Source: Octopus sinensis
Lineage: Eukaryota
Assembly: GCF_006345805.1 (NCBI RefSeq)
Contig: NC_042997.1
Location: 59,458,001 to 59,522,000, forward strand
DNA: 64,000 bases
Direction of reading: 5' to 3'
How positions within the stretch are numbered: position 1 is the first letter of the stretch; every line of letters starts with the position of its first letter. The notes below the pieces were generated by a model that saw only the letters and a list, made by a program, of their open reading frames with translations, searched no databases and was not told where the DNA came from. Below, in pieces: positions 52,273 to 64,000 of this stretch. Made by a program: the position numbers and the translations under genes.

Positions 52273-53460
52273 GCAGGGGCTATAAACAACAGAAGCATCG
52301 TCCCCTATGGGTCTGCCACATTTAGGTGGAAAGTATACTTCATGATTCTGTGCTGCTACTGCTCACATCTCGCTCAGAGATTTATTATTGCTTATCATAT
52401 AGTTATCTGGAAACGAAATATTTGATCACATTAACAACTTTGAACTATATTAACAACTGCCATGTCTTTGTCATGCCAATTATATACATATATGTAAATG
52501 TGTGTGTGAGTGAATTTATGCATGGGTGTATGTATGTGTATGTGCATGCACAGCAGAGTTCAAGGTCAATCTTTGCCAAGCAACTTCACTCTGCATGCTT
52601 TAGCTTCATTACTATGGCAACAGTCTGGATACTTATTGATCAGACCTTGTATATCTATCTATCTATCATCATCATTTAACATCCGCTTTCCATGTTGGCA
52701 TGAGTTAGACAGTTTGACTGAGGACAGGCAAGCCAGAAGGCTGCACCAGGCTCCAATCTGATCTGGCAAAGTTTCTACAGCTGGATGCCCTTCCTAACTT
52801 TATTAAAAGCAGCAGAAATATCACAAAAACTGTTACTCAGAGCTTCACGTTCCCATTTGTTGGACAGTTTTGTTAGAATAAAGCATATTACTCTACCACT
52901 GATATTTGAGTACTCTTTTTCCCACCTTGTTTCACATTTATGTGCTTACTCCAGTATATATATCAATATATCAGATGAAATGGCTTCGCATTTGATGAAA
53001 CTTACAGCCAGTTTTGGCTTAGACTGAATGAATTATGGTGTGTGTGTGTGTATGTTGTCTATATTTATTGCTACTGCTTTTTGGGATGAGCAATGTTATC
53101 ACTTACAGCCCATTAACATACATGTATACATACAATTAAATTAAATTAAAAACATTATCCATGCTTGATAACATCATGAAAAGTAAAATTATCTTGGTTA
53201 TATAAAAACTGAATAAGATCAAGTCAACATCGTAAACAGATTTATTGTTCTCATAATTGACCTCTTCTACTCCACTGTGAAAATAAAACACATTGGTTGT
53301 ATAAAAATTAGACAGATATTCTGAAAATAGAGAACTAGAAGCATTGATATATATATATATATATATATAAAGGGAAAGTTTACGAAAATAAACAAAAGAC
53401 GAAGGCAGGTGGAGTACAAACAAACAAATGTATTAGTATAGCGCTCAGGAATAGAAAAGG

Positions 53461-53498
53461 TCTTTTACGTTTCAAGCCTACGCTCTTCGACAGAAAGA
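53461..53498 (-). ncRNA. Hammerhead-like motif with variant core, in a ~190-bp element (53368-53555)
   Basis: Minus: TCTTT-CTGTCGA-a-GAGC/gtag/GCTT-GAAAC-GTA-AAAGA; A6 is replaced by U. Confidence 0.6.
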
Positions 53499-53985
53499 TA
53501 CACAGAAAAAAACAAGGAGAGAAAAAAAATGTGTGTAGGAGCTAACGATCTATCATATATTTGATGGTGTAAAAAATGCATGAGTATATTACATTCACCC
53601 CAATTTCAGCAGCACAAATTCAGAAGAAAAGTTGTTAGTCTATTAATCCATGTAATATAGCTCAATCTCACATTGTGGAGATGAGGTGGTTTTTCTGTGA
53701 CTTTTTATTTTTTAATCTTCTTTGAGTCTTATATGTTATCTAATATGGTAGTTTTAAGATTTAAGGGTAAAAAAAATAATCTTGTTATTGTTGTAGTTAT
53801 ATAACCTGGTTCTGGGTTCAGTCCCACTGCAGGTCACCTTAGGCAAGTGTTTACAACTATCACCTCATGCCAACCAAAGCCTTGAGTGGATTTGGTAGAC
53901 AGAAACTGAAAGAAGCCTGTCATATATATATTTCAATGGGTGAATGAATTATCCTATGTTTACCGTTAACATGGAAAATTCAATT

Positions 53986-54067
53986 CTTTCCTGATGAGAA
54001 GATTGCATTTTACACTGTTTATTCCTTTGGAATAAAACCATGTTGTCTTCGAAACATATGTCGAAAG
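53986..54067 (+). ncRNA. Core-intact type-I hammerhead ribozyme with extended stem II
   Basis: CTTTC-CTGATGA-GAAGA...TCTTC-GAAAC-ATAT-GTC-GAAAG; inner hairpin TTTATTCC/GGAATAAA. Confidence 0.9.
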
Positions 54068-54192
54068 TAAAATAGTTTTATTAACATCTTTGTTCAACTC
54101 CATTTATTTATTTATTCATTTATATATATATATATTCCACCACCAAATAAACACCTGGAAAACTTTGAACAGGAATTATGGGACACCATCAA

Positions 54193-54238
<46 letters not shown>

Positions 54239-54462
54239 ATTAGGAAGTACAAACATTTACACACATGCCCGAGGCTATAGCAGATGATACTTGCCCAAGG
54301 TGCCACACAGTGGAACTGAACCTGAGACCATATATATATATAAAATGAATAATATCAGGGTAAGAAAAATTTTAGAAATTTTTACTACCAGTGGCCTAGC
54401 GTGTAGAAAAATTAGTCAATAGACTATATATTTTTCATATAAATGCATATAAATGTACACTG

Positions 54463-54497
<35 letters not shown>

Positions 54498-55765
54498 ATG
54501 TATATGTATTTGTGTGTGTGTCTTTGTATCTGTGTTTGCGTCCCCCCACTACCATCACCACTTGACAATTGGTGTTAGTGTGTCTATGTCCCTGTAACAT
54601 AGCAGTTCAGCAAAAGAAACTGATAGAATAAGTACTAGACTTTAAAAAGAAAATAATGTCATAAGAGTCAATTTGTTCAACTAAAACCCTTCAAGGCAGT
54701 GCCCCAGTTTGGCTGCAGTCTAATGACTGAAACAAACAATAGGTAAAAGATATATCTACTTTCATTTGGTAGACCTATGATCAGGACTTTATTCGACTTC
54801 TGTTTTACCAACACCATCTGGCACTGAGTGTTTTGTGCTTAGTCCACTCCAGTGCAGACATTCTGGTCAGGTCTTCCTCCCTTAAATTCCTTCCCCAGCC
54901 GATTTTGGAAGCCCTGCAAAAGAATCAGCCTTCTTTCCTTCCTTTCTTCTACAAATTTCAGAAACCCTGAAAAAACACCAGGGGCACTGACCTCGCCCCT
55001 GACTAAGATATAAGAAGGTAAAAAAGAATAAAAAAGGCACAGTGTATCAAGAACTACATTCATTGTTAAACATCTCTTATTCGCTATGGCAGGAGTGTAT
55101 GTACGATTTGAGGGATATTTGGCTGCTATTTCTAACAAGTTAAATGACTGCATGGAGGTTTCATTATTGGCTTGAAAAGAGAATGTTATATAACGCTATG
55201 GAAGTTTGCCAAAGAGGAAAAAAAAAGGAAGAAAAAAAACTTAGTATTACACTCAATACAATACACCCTCTATTTTTGGATACAATCCAAGAACTGAGCA
55301 ATAAAAATGGAAGACAAGGTCACAGAATACTTTCCTATATCACTTAAGCTTCTTTTTCTTTTTTGGAGCCTTATAAATTTATAGGAGCTTTTTTTGATGG
55401 TGTTGATTTATTATTTTTTTTATTCTTTCTCATTCAATTTTATTATATTTTTTTTTTTCTTTCTGATTAGAAACACGGGGAAAGTAGACAGCAAACTGGT
55501 GATGATGAGGATACAAATAATAATGGTGGTGTAGGTAACCGTTGGGCTGATAACTGTGATGATGAAGATGATGATGAGGTATGCCTGTGATGATGATGAT
55601 GAAGATAGGGAGGAGGGAGTAGCAAATCATAAATATGGTAGCATTGATTTATATATATATATATATATATATAAAATATTATTCGAGACAAAACCACTAT
55701 TTTGCAAAACAAACAAGGAAAGACTTAATCAATACATAAATTTTAATAAATAGTCAAAAAAACCG

Positions 55766-55808
55766 CCACTACAATCGTTTCTTGTCTTGATCGACAATCT
55801 TCAGGTGG
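55766..55808 (-). ncRNA. Core-intact hammerhead ribozyme (left palindrome arm)
   Basis: Mirror image of 55881-55923. Confidence 0.85.
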
Positions 55809-55880
55809 ACTTCCAATCTAAAAAATAATTCAGTGTCAAACTTCATAATTTGACACTGAATTATTTTTTAGATTGGAAGT

Positions 55881-55923
55881 CCACCTGAAGATTGTCGATC
55901 AAGACAAGAAACGATTGTAGTGG
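55881..55923 (+). ncRNA. Core-intact minimal type-I hammerhead ribozyme (right palindrome arm)
   Basis: CCAC-CTGAAGA-TTGTC/gatcaa/GACAA-GAAAC-GATT-GTA-GTGG. Confidence 0.9.
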
Positions 55924-57134
55924 CGGTTTTTTTGACTATTTATTAAAATTTATGTATTGATTAAGTCTTTCCTTGTTTGTTTTGCAAAATAGTGGTTTTG
56001 TCTCGAATAATATTTTATAATATTTTACTATAAAATCGATTTAATCCTAAATCTGATTTTTTCCCTGTAAATTTGGATTTATTCCCTAATATTTATTATT
56101 TATATATATATATATATATATATATTAAGGCAACAGAGAAAGAAACATCACAATTCAATTTAGACAACCAAACATTAGCACCAGTAATGTTTTTTCATTC
56201 ACCACTTTAACAGGCACATCACCCTCACTAATACTATCTCTACTCTATGTGATCACTCAAATGGCTAGAAATAGAACACACCTTAACATCTTAAAAATAC
56301 AAAATAAGGACGGTCACATAGATTAGTATACTTCCAGATTACATTATGCCTGAATTGAAGGTCATGGTTAGACTGCCTTTGATCGTAGGTCTCCTCACTC
56401 AGGGATTACTTAGGGCTAAACAATAACAATTACTACCTCTACCTTAATTAAATTTATTTTAGTTGAAAAGATAAGCACCTGTATAAATATTTAGTTCCTA
56501 CATATCCTGAGATGCGTCCTGTTACTTGTATGATTCAGGAGCACCAGTTCAGACTGTTTAACCACGTTGCTTAATTTTCCAAGTTAGACCAAGCTCACCA
56601 TATTCTCTTCACTGAGGATCTGACTGGATTTATGGTTCATAGTGGGTGACAACATTTCATATAGATACAGTAGATGAGGAGGTATCTCGAGGAGATAGGA
56701 ACTGACTGGGACTCTGCTTGACAGGTCATCCGAGAGGACCCAGGAATATACTGACAAATGATGAATGCAGCAACCTGCTGCAACAGCACATGCCCCCACA
56801 CCTGACCTGACCTATTTGGAATTCAGCACTGTATGTTCCACATGCATTTGGATGCCTAATTGCAATAGCTCATCAGGAGAACACTTTATTACATTTTTTT
56901 TAATTACATATTACCAGTTTAGAAGATGAGTGGCCTTAAAATTAAGGTTTTGGGCTCATGAACTTAATATTTGGTTCCTGAACTAATACTAAGTACCCTT
57001 GAAAAAAGCTCTTCATTTCATGTTGCTCCAGTCAACTCATCTGAAAATGAATACTAACAGCAGTAGCTGGTGGTTTAACGTGAAATGGATTGGTATCCTT
57101 GTCCAAGAGGAATCTTGAAGGAGAGGAATATCAA

Positions 57135-57170
57135 ACACCTGATGACTATGTTCAGCTATAGAAATGCATC
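57135..57170 (+). ncRNA. Probable decayed hammerhead
   Basis: CTGATGA-c-TATG/ttcagc/TATA-GAAAT-GC-ATC; stem I is not recoverable. Confidence 0.35.
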
Positions 57171-57199
57171 ATAATAGTCCAAGTTGTATATGACTAGTG

Positions 57200-57440
57200 C
57201 GGAAATGTTTATTTCTTTATTGCCCAGAGGGGGCTAAACATAGAAAGGACAAACAAGGACAGACAAACAGATTAAGTCGATTACATCGGCCTCAGTGCGC
57301 AACTGGTACTTATTTAATTGACCCTGAAAAGGACGAAAGGCAAAGTCAACCTCGGTGGAATTTGAACTCAGAATGTAGCAGCTGACGAAATACTGCTAAG
57401 CATTTTGCCCAGCATGTTAACGATTCTGCCAGCTTGCCAC
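57200..57440 (-). mobile_element. SINE family B with ~17-bp TSD
   Basis: Flanked by ACTAGTGCGGAAATGTT / ACTAGTGTGAAAATGTT. Confidence 0.85.
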
Positions 57441-59164
57441 TAGTGTGAAAATGTTGTTAGTGTATAACTGAATCCCTTATAAACAGCATGATTTAAAAAC
57501 TGTATCAAAAACTGAATAGAATTGGATAGACTGGTAAATCATCATCATCATCATCATCTAATGTCCATTTTTCATGCCGGTATGGATTTGATAGTTTAAC
57601 AGGATCCAGTGAACCACAGGGCTACATTGTACACCATGGTTTGGATGCCCCTCTGAATGCCAATATTAAAATATTCTGAACACTTGTAATACTGCTAAAT
57701 AAAGCAATATAATGTATTGAAACTAATAAAGCTGAAAATTCTTAATATTATCAAAAAGAAAACCCATTATTATTGAAATGGTTTGTAGTTTAGTTCCAGA
57801 TTGTAGCAGTGACTAAGTGAGTCTATGACTAAAGATATTCCAGCCAGAACCATCCTATTTTTTGATTTTGGAATGGTTAAGAAGTTTGCTTTAAAACCAC
57901 ATATTTTTGGGTTCAATCCCTCTATGCAGCACCTTGAGCAAGTGTCTTCTACTGCACTGACCCATGCTTTGTAGGTGAATTTGATTGATGGAAACTGTGT
58001 GGAAGCCTGTTTTATATGTAAGTGTGTGTGTATAATGAATGTATACCTTTCACTGATGTATATAAAAAAAAAATGTATGCATTGATAAAGAAACTGGTGC
58101 ATTCAAACAAAAGGGGCTTGTATTTATTCAACTCGAGTCACATTGGTCCATTGGAAAACTTATAACCAGCGATGCTATTGTTCACAAAATGCATGATATA
58201 CAAGAGATATTAACAGAAATTAAATTAAATCCTGTCTTTATTATAAGGCATGGTGTTCTTAGTTTTAAGACATAAACATATGTTTAAATGTAGTAGGGTG
58301 GGATATAATACTGAATAACAAAGAGAGAAAGGGAGAGGGAGAGAGAGAGAGAGAGAAGAGCAAAAGAAAGGAAAAGAATGGGAAGAAAAAGCAAAACAAA
58401 AGAAAAGAAAGAAAGGGAAGAAAGAAGCTGAGTAGGAAATTAAAAGAAAAATGAAAACTACATGCAATTAGACAAATCTTGAAGTAATTAAATTCATTTT
58501 AAACATTTATCCAAACATTTTAAGACTGTTAGCAGCAGCAGCTGTGGCAATAATAGTAGCAGAAGTAGTAGTACTAATAGTAAAAGTAGCAGCAATAGTA
58601 GTACTGGTGGTGGTGGTGTGAATAACTGCTGTGGTTTAGCCCTAGGTGAAAACTGATTGAGCAAACCTATGATCAAAGGCATTCTAGCCATGACATCCTG
58701 TCTTTGCTTTTTAGGTGTATGAAAGACTACATTACCTAATGTATCCTCTTCTCTCCTAAGACAGTATTGTATGATTTGAGGTAAATTTTCCTGCTATTCT
58801 AGTATATCATTGGCTTGAGTATAAACGATTTATGGGTAGTCATCACCATTATCATCATCATTGTTTTAATGTTAAATTTTCCATGCTTGCATGGGTTAAA
58901 TGGAATTTGTTGAGGTAGATTTTCTACAGCTGGATGCCTCTCCTCTTGCCTACACTCACCTGTTTCCAAGTAAGCTAACATTTCCCCATGACCATACAAG
59001 TCTTCATGAAAGTTTGGCAACAAAGTTTGGTAACTGCTTGCATGATGGGGACACTCATCTACAATTATCACACAAAATCAAGGCAAGGAGGCAGTAACAT
59101 ACACATAGACATCATCATCATCATTTGATGACTGCTTTCCATGCTGGCATGGATTAGACATGTA

Positions 59165-59487
59165 CATACATTTATGTATTGGTACTCCATTGGTTATGAC
59201 AAGGGTTCCAGTTGATTCAACCAATGGAACAGCTTGCTTGTGAAATTAACATCCAAGTAGCTGAGTATTCCACAGACATGCATACCCTTAATGTAGTTCT
59301 CAAGGAGATTCAGAGTGACACAGAGTGTGATAAGGCTGGCCCTTTTTTGAAATACAGGTACTACTCATTTTTGCCAGCTGAGTGGACTGGAGCAACATGA
59401 AATAAAGTGTCTTGCTCAAGGATACAATGTGTCGCTGGGAATCGAACTTATGACCATACAATCATGAGCCAAATAACCACTAAGCCA
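59165..59487 (-). mobile_element. tRNA-derived SINE family G, nested in an A+C2 SINE
   Basis: Minus TGGCTTAGTGG (A-box) ... AAGTTCGATTCC (B-box) ... CCTTGAGCAAGACACTT; sits between the C2 body (58850-59100) and the A head (59510-59660). Confidence 0.75.
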
Positions 59488-61304
59488 TGTACCTTCACAC
59501 ACACACACACATACCACGAGTTTCTTTCAGTTTCCATTTCCAAAATCCACTCAAAGTTTTTGTCAGCCCAGTAGAAAACACTGGTTAAAGATGCCATACA
59601 GTCAGACTAAACCTAGAACTATGTAGATATGAAGCAAACTTTTTACCACACAGCTACATCTGCATCTCTTGGTAAGATAAATTTGTTATATATCATTCCC
59701 CTTCATCCCTAACTGGCATATGCACATTTGTTTAAATAACCAGAGAAGAATTTACATATTCAGTGCTCCATGCAACACAGGAATACATTTAATGAATATA
59801 AATATTAATATTAATATGAATACAAATGAATTCATAATATTATTATAATATATTTTTTCAATGTAAACTATGTACATTTCTTCAGACCAAGTCTCAATTT
59901 CAGCTTGCATAAATAGTTTTCCTCTTTCTTTTTAAGATAAACCATCTACAGATATAAACACTTTGATAGTTGGTATTCACAAAAGTGTTTACTGAGGATC
60001 CAACTCAGATTTTAATCCCCTTTGTCTGCTATCCAGAGTTCCAGATAGGCCATGTCTTCAACTAGTTAAAGAGAACAACATACAGTCAATAACGTAGTTG
60101 CTTGTTGCAAGAGGTGCTGTACGGTCTTCTGAAGATGTAGTTTTAATAAATGGAGTGGTTGCTGTTGTTGTTGCTACTGCTGTCCAGCTCAGGTGCCATC
60201 CCTTTCTTGAATACTTGCATATATAATAGTACATTATTGAATGTGCCATTCTCTTTTGAAAATTAAAAACCTTAATTAAAAAGAGATCTGCCTACTATTT
60301 CAAATCTGCAATGGAGTTGTTTTTGATTGGAGTAATGATGATTAAGGTAGTAACAGTGTGGTAGTCATCGTCGTCGTCATTATTATTATTATTATTATCA
60401 CTATCATTATTATTGTCTAAGCAGTCCAATGAGGCAAGCTGGCAGAATTGTTAGGATGTTGGAAAAAATGCTTTAGTCTATTCTTTCTGGACCTTTACAT
60501 TCTGAGTTCAATTCATGCCAACCGTAACTTTGCCATTCATCCTTTAGAGGGTCACCAAAACAAAGTACCATTCAAATACTGGGATTGAAATAATCAGCTG
60601 ACCCCTTTCCACTAAAATTATTGGCCTTGTGCCAAAATTTGAAGCAATTACAGTCTAGCCCCTGGCTGATTATGATCAAGCAGATTTATGGTATGGAAGT
60701 AGTGGATGAAGCATTAAGTTCAATTCACAGATCCAGTATTCTATTAGCAATATAGTGCAGTGAGGTGAAGTAGTAAGAGATGTTTGGTGTCTGGAATTGT
60801 GATGTTTTGATTTGTAATCCTAGATCAACTATGATAAAATGGAACTCTGGCATGAAAGTCAACCAAACGTGAGGGTGAAATCCATAGATCTATAGCTTTG
60901 AATGTGCCATATCTCTGTCTCCTTGAGGATCATACTGTACATTCTGGCATATGACGTACAGGGATGCAGTTGTTGTACTCTGAGCAAACTGTACTCTTTC
61001 CACTGTTCTGTAAGATGGTAAATTTTGGAAGTAACCACAACAGAGGCAGAGTAAAGGTAAATTTGCTTCAAATGTGACAGCTACAAGTCTTCTACACTTA
61101 AGGATTGGTTGTGTGTAATCCAACACAATGTTTAGGATGAATAACACTATTGATATACTTGCTATTTTTGTATGTTTTTGTTTTATATTTTTTATCTGGA
61201 CTGAATGAGAGAGATAGTGTTCTTTTGACGTTGCTGTAGTAGTGTTCCAGACTGCTGTACATGTGCATTCAGATTATTCTGTCAAATAAAAGCTTATTTA
61301 TATA

Positions 61305-61813
61305 CCATAAATCCTCAAGTATAGTCCGCCCTTGAGTATAATACGCAGGGGACTTTTAGGGGGTTGTACCTCTGAAAAGCCTAAGCCTTGTGTATAATAC
61401 GCACCCCTTCTCTAACTTGAATCATGCGTAATTAAGCCAGCAGCACCTAGTCGAACAAACACCTCCGCGCATGCATAATACAATAATGATATTCTTAATT
61501 GTTATATGGGAATGTAAATATGTTTGCAAATTATTTTTGTCACATATATTCTATGTTCTGAATACTTTTATTTTAATAAATGTTGCTTACTGCATGTTAT
61601 AGATGATTTTTCATTGCTTTCAGGCTTAGCTTAAGGTATTTTCGTGCCTGACATCACAAAATGTGTCTGAATAAACATTGCTGGACAGTAAATAGAGACT
61701 TGAACATTGCTTAGAAAATATTTTTTATTTTTAACCTCGTATATAGTACGCACTAGGGATTTTGACCTTTAAATTTTGGGGGAAAAGTGCAGATTATACT
61801 CAAAGATTTACGG
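61305..61813. mobile_element. Tc1/mariner-superfamily (pogo/Tigger-like) MITE, second copy
   Basis: TA|CCATAAATCCTCAAGTATA ... TATACTCAAAGATTTACGG|TA; intact TA duplication. Confidence 0.85.
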
Positions 61814-62868
61814 TACATTGTTTTGAAATAATCATGCATTATCTCAAAGCTTTGAGATTTTGATGATGTAATTGTTTATTTTTAGAATAACATTATAGGG
61901 TAGGTGTGAGAATCCAGATCTGACCAGTTTAAATATAAAACAAGAATATTTTGGCTGGATATGGCCAAAAGGTTGTAACTTGCTGCAAAAACAGACTAAG
62001 ATGTTTACAGGTGCACATTGTCTGTGCGAATGGTGTATAGGCTGCATGATTTGGTGAAAAGTAAACAGTTTAGTCATTTCTTATAATATGGTGTGAAGCT
62101 TTTGAAGAAGGGGGGAACTGACATCATACTCCATGACGAATCAGTTTTATTGCTTATACATCATTTATAATTGTTTCTTCCTGTTAGTAAAATACGTTAC
62201 TTGTATGTACTATAAGTACGTTTATGTGAATTTATTTCTTCCGTAATAACATTTTACATCTGCTGTGAATACTGCAAAAGTGCTGTATGTAAATCCTTGT
62301 GATTTTGTCAATTGGATATGTTGCATGTGTTTGTCGTTTGCAATTGATGTTTTTCCTTTTTTTTTTTTGTATTATCAGAAAGGAAACGGACAGAGGTTTC
62401 AGTGAGTACTACTTTTAACTCTGATTTCAAAGCTGGATTTCTGAGTGACTGATGTAAGAGAGGAGTTGTCATGCAGTTGTGTTTGAAGAGCCAAAGGATA
62501 CAATTGCAATGCTCTTTGTATATGAAACAGTATAAATGTCCTGAGAAAATTTGGGAAGGTCAAAAAAGTACGATTGAAAATGAATGGCTAATATGAAACT
62601 GGTGATACTCTACAGAGGAAATGACATGTTACTGATTTGTTATGACTGCATACTACATAGGTGATGTGATTTAATACGTAGTTTGCTAGTAAGCTTGTGT
62701 AGTTTTTTGAAGAAGGTATTGAGTACTTTGTGCATTGGTGAGAAGTGAGAGATGGAGAGTCAAAATTTTTATTGACGTAACTAAAATGGTTCTTGTGAAC
62801 CTTCCTAGCTACATCAAGAATGGTTCACAAGTAGCTAGTAGCTAGAATCGTTCTTGTGAAGTTTTTGT

Positions 62869-63095
62869 TCTTTTATTCTTTTACTTGTTTCAGTCATCTG
62901 ACTGCGGCCATGCTGGAGCACGGCCTTGGAGGGTTTTAGTCAAACAAATCAACCTCAGGACTTATTTCTTGAGCCTAGTACATATTCTATTGGTCTCTTT
63001 TGGTGAATTGCTAAGTTACAAGGATGTAAACACACCAACACCAGTTGTTAAGTGGTGATGGTGAGAGACAAACACTGACACAGACACACATAGAT

Positions 63096-63164
<69 letters not shown>

Positions 63165-63316
63165 AGGCATCTTTCAGTTTCCGTCTACCAAATCCACTTA
63201 CAAGGCTTTGGTCAGCCTGAGGCTATAGTAGAAGATACTTGCCCAAGGTGCCACACAGAGGGACTGAATATGAACCATGTGGTTAGGAAGCAAGCTTCTT
63301 ACCACACAGCCATGTG
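62869..63316 (-). mobile_element. SINE family A+D, full length, expanded internal (TA)n
   Basis: Same architecture as 1351-1775. Confidence 0.85.
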
Positions 63317-64000
63317 TTATCTTGAATTCTGTAAATCTATGTCATGCAAAGAGAAGCAGGTCACATGAAACATGGCTCATCATCAGGTGGGCCACACTAA
63401 AAAAAAAAAAAAAAAATCATGGTACTAATTTTTTTTTTGTGTGTCATTCAGAAAGTTCTATGAACCACATGCAGCCTGCAGGTTACAGTTTGCTCAATCT
63501 GCTAGAAACAGCAGCTAAATATCAATTAAATTTTACCTGAATTAAAATGGATGAATATACTGGATAACCAGTTCTGGGTATTAATAAATCAGAAAAGAAG
63601 ATGAAATGGTCACAGCAAGAATGCCAGTCAAGATTCATCACACAGTCATAACAGTTGTATTGTAGTGCAGATGTGTATGTATAGTTGTGATGAGGTGATG
63701 TGCTCCTTAGTATGAAGTAGATAGGTGAGCAGATCAACCTTAATGAAGCAGATTTATGATCTGAAGCACTCCACCAGCCATTACCATTCCATCTTTATAG
63801 AAGTGAATAGGACTACTTTATCCAATGGGTTCTTTCGTTTTTTAAGATGACTGGTTTGGCTGCCATGGAGGAGATATATAGAGGCTTTCTCGTTATTTCA
63901 TGCAGTGTAGTATGCTGTAGTGGTGATATATATTAATGGTTTAAATGGTGTTCCAGCCATAATGATATTGTCCTTTATTTAAATATAGTGTATCTAGGAG

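Larger units (their letters stand above)
55670..56019. repeat. Perfect inverted repeat, 171-bp arms, 8-nt spacer
   Basis: 55670-55840 is the exact reverse complement of 55849-56019; loop CTTCATAA. Confidence 0.95.

Noticed and set aside
54839-55153. 104-aa minus ORF with a good acceptor near 55010
   Set aside because: It is embedded in an interrupted family H repeat and no frame gives a recognisable protein.
56584-56830. GC-richer unique-looking segment with a minus ORF ending at GTGAGC
   Set aside because: The acceptor is weak and the product unrecognisable, so it cannot be told apart from a TE relic.

Overview
AT-rich animal genomic DNA that is almost entirely interspersed repeat and microsatellite, with one 100-N assembly gap (45748-45847). 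The SINE/LINE repertoire resembles what I recall from octopus, so a coleoid cephalopod source is an inference, not proven. I see no recognisable intact host gene, tRNA or rRNA; nearly all ORF-track entries are microsatellite or SINE read-through. Recognisable relics: Penelope-like (RT + partial GIY-YIG), RTE, R4/Dong, CR1 and CRE retrotransposons; mariner, maT/DD37D and hAT-Charlie DNA transposons with their MITEs; a Helitron RepHel relic; non-autonomous Helitrons, including a precise head-to-tail dimer carrying a captured piggyBac fragment; a probable solo LTR; several tRNA-derived SINE families. The most striking signal is a set of minimal type-I hammerhead ribozymes in short non-coding elements, mostly beside (TA)n runs. 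Four are core-intact (52.2-55.9 kb, two of them in a perfect 171-bp-arm palindrome), one has a variant core, and several are decayed. They belong to different families, and each family has its own self-complementary stem-III sequence. Weak candidate host exons are listed as findings only. Coordinates of decayed repeats are approximate.
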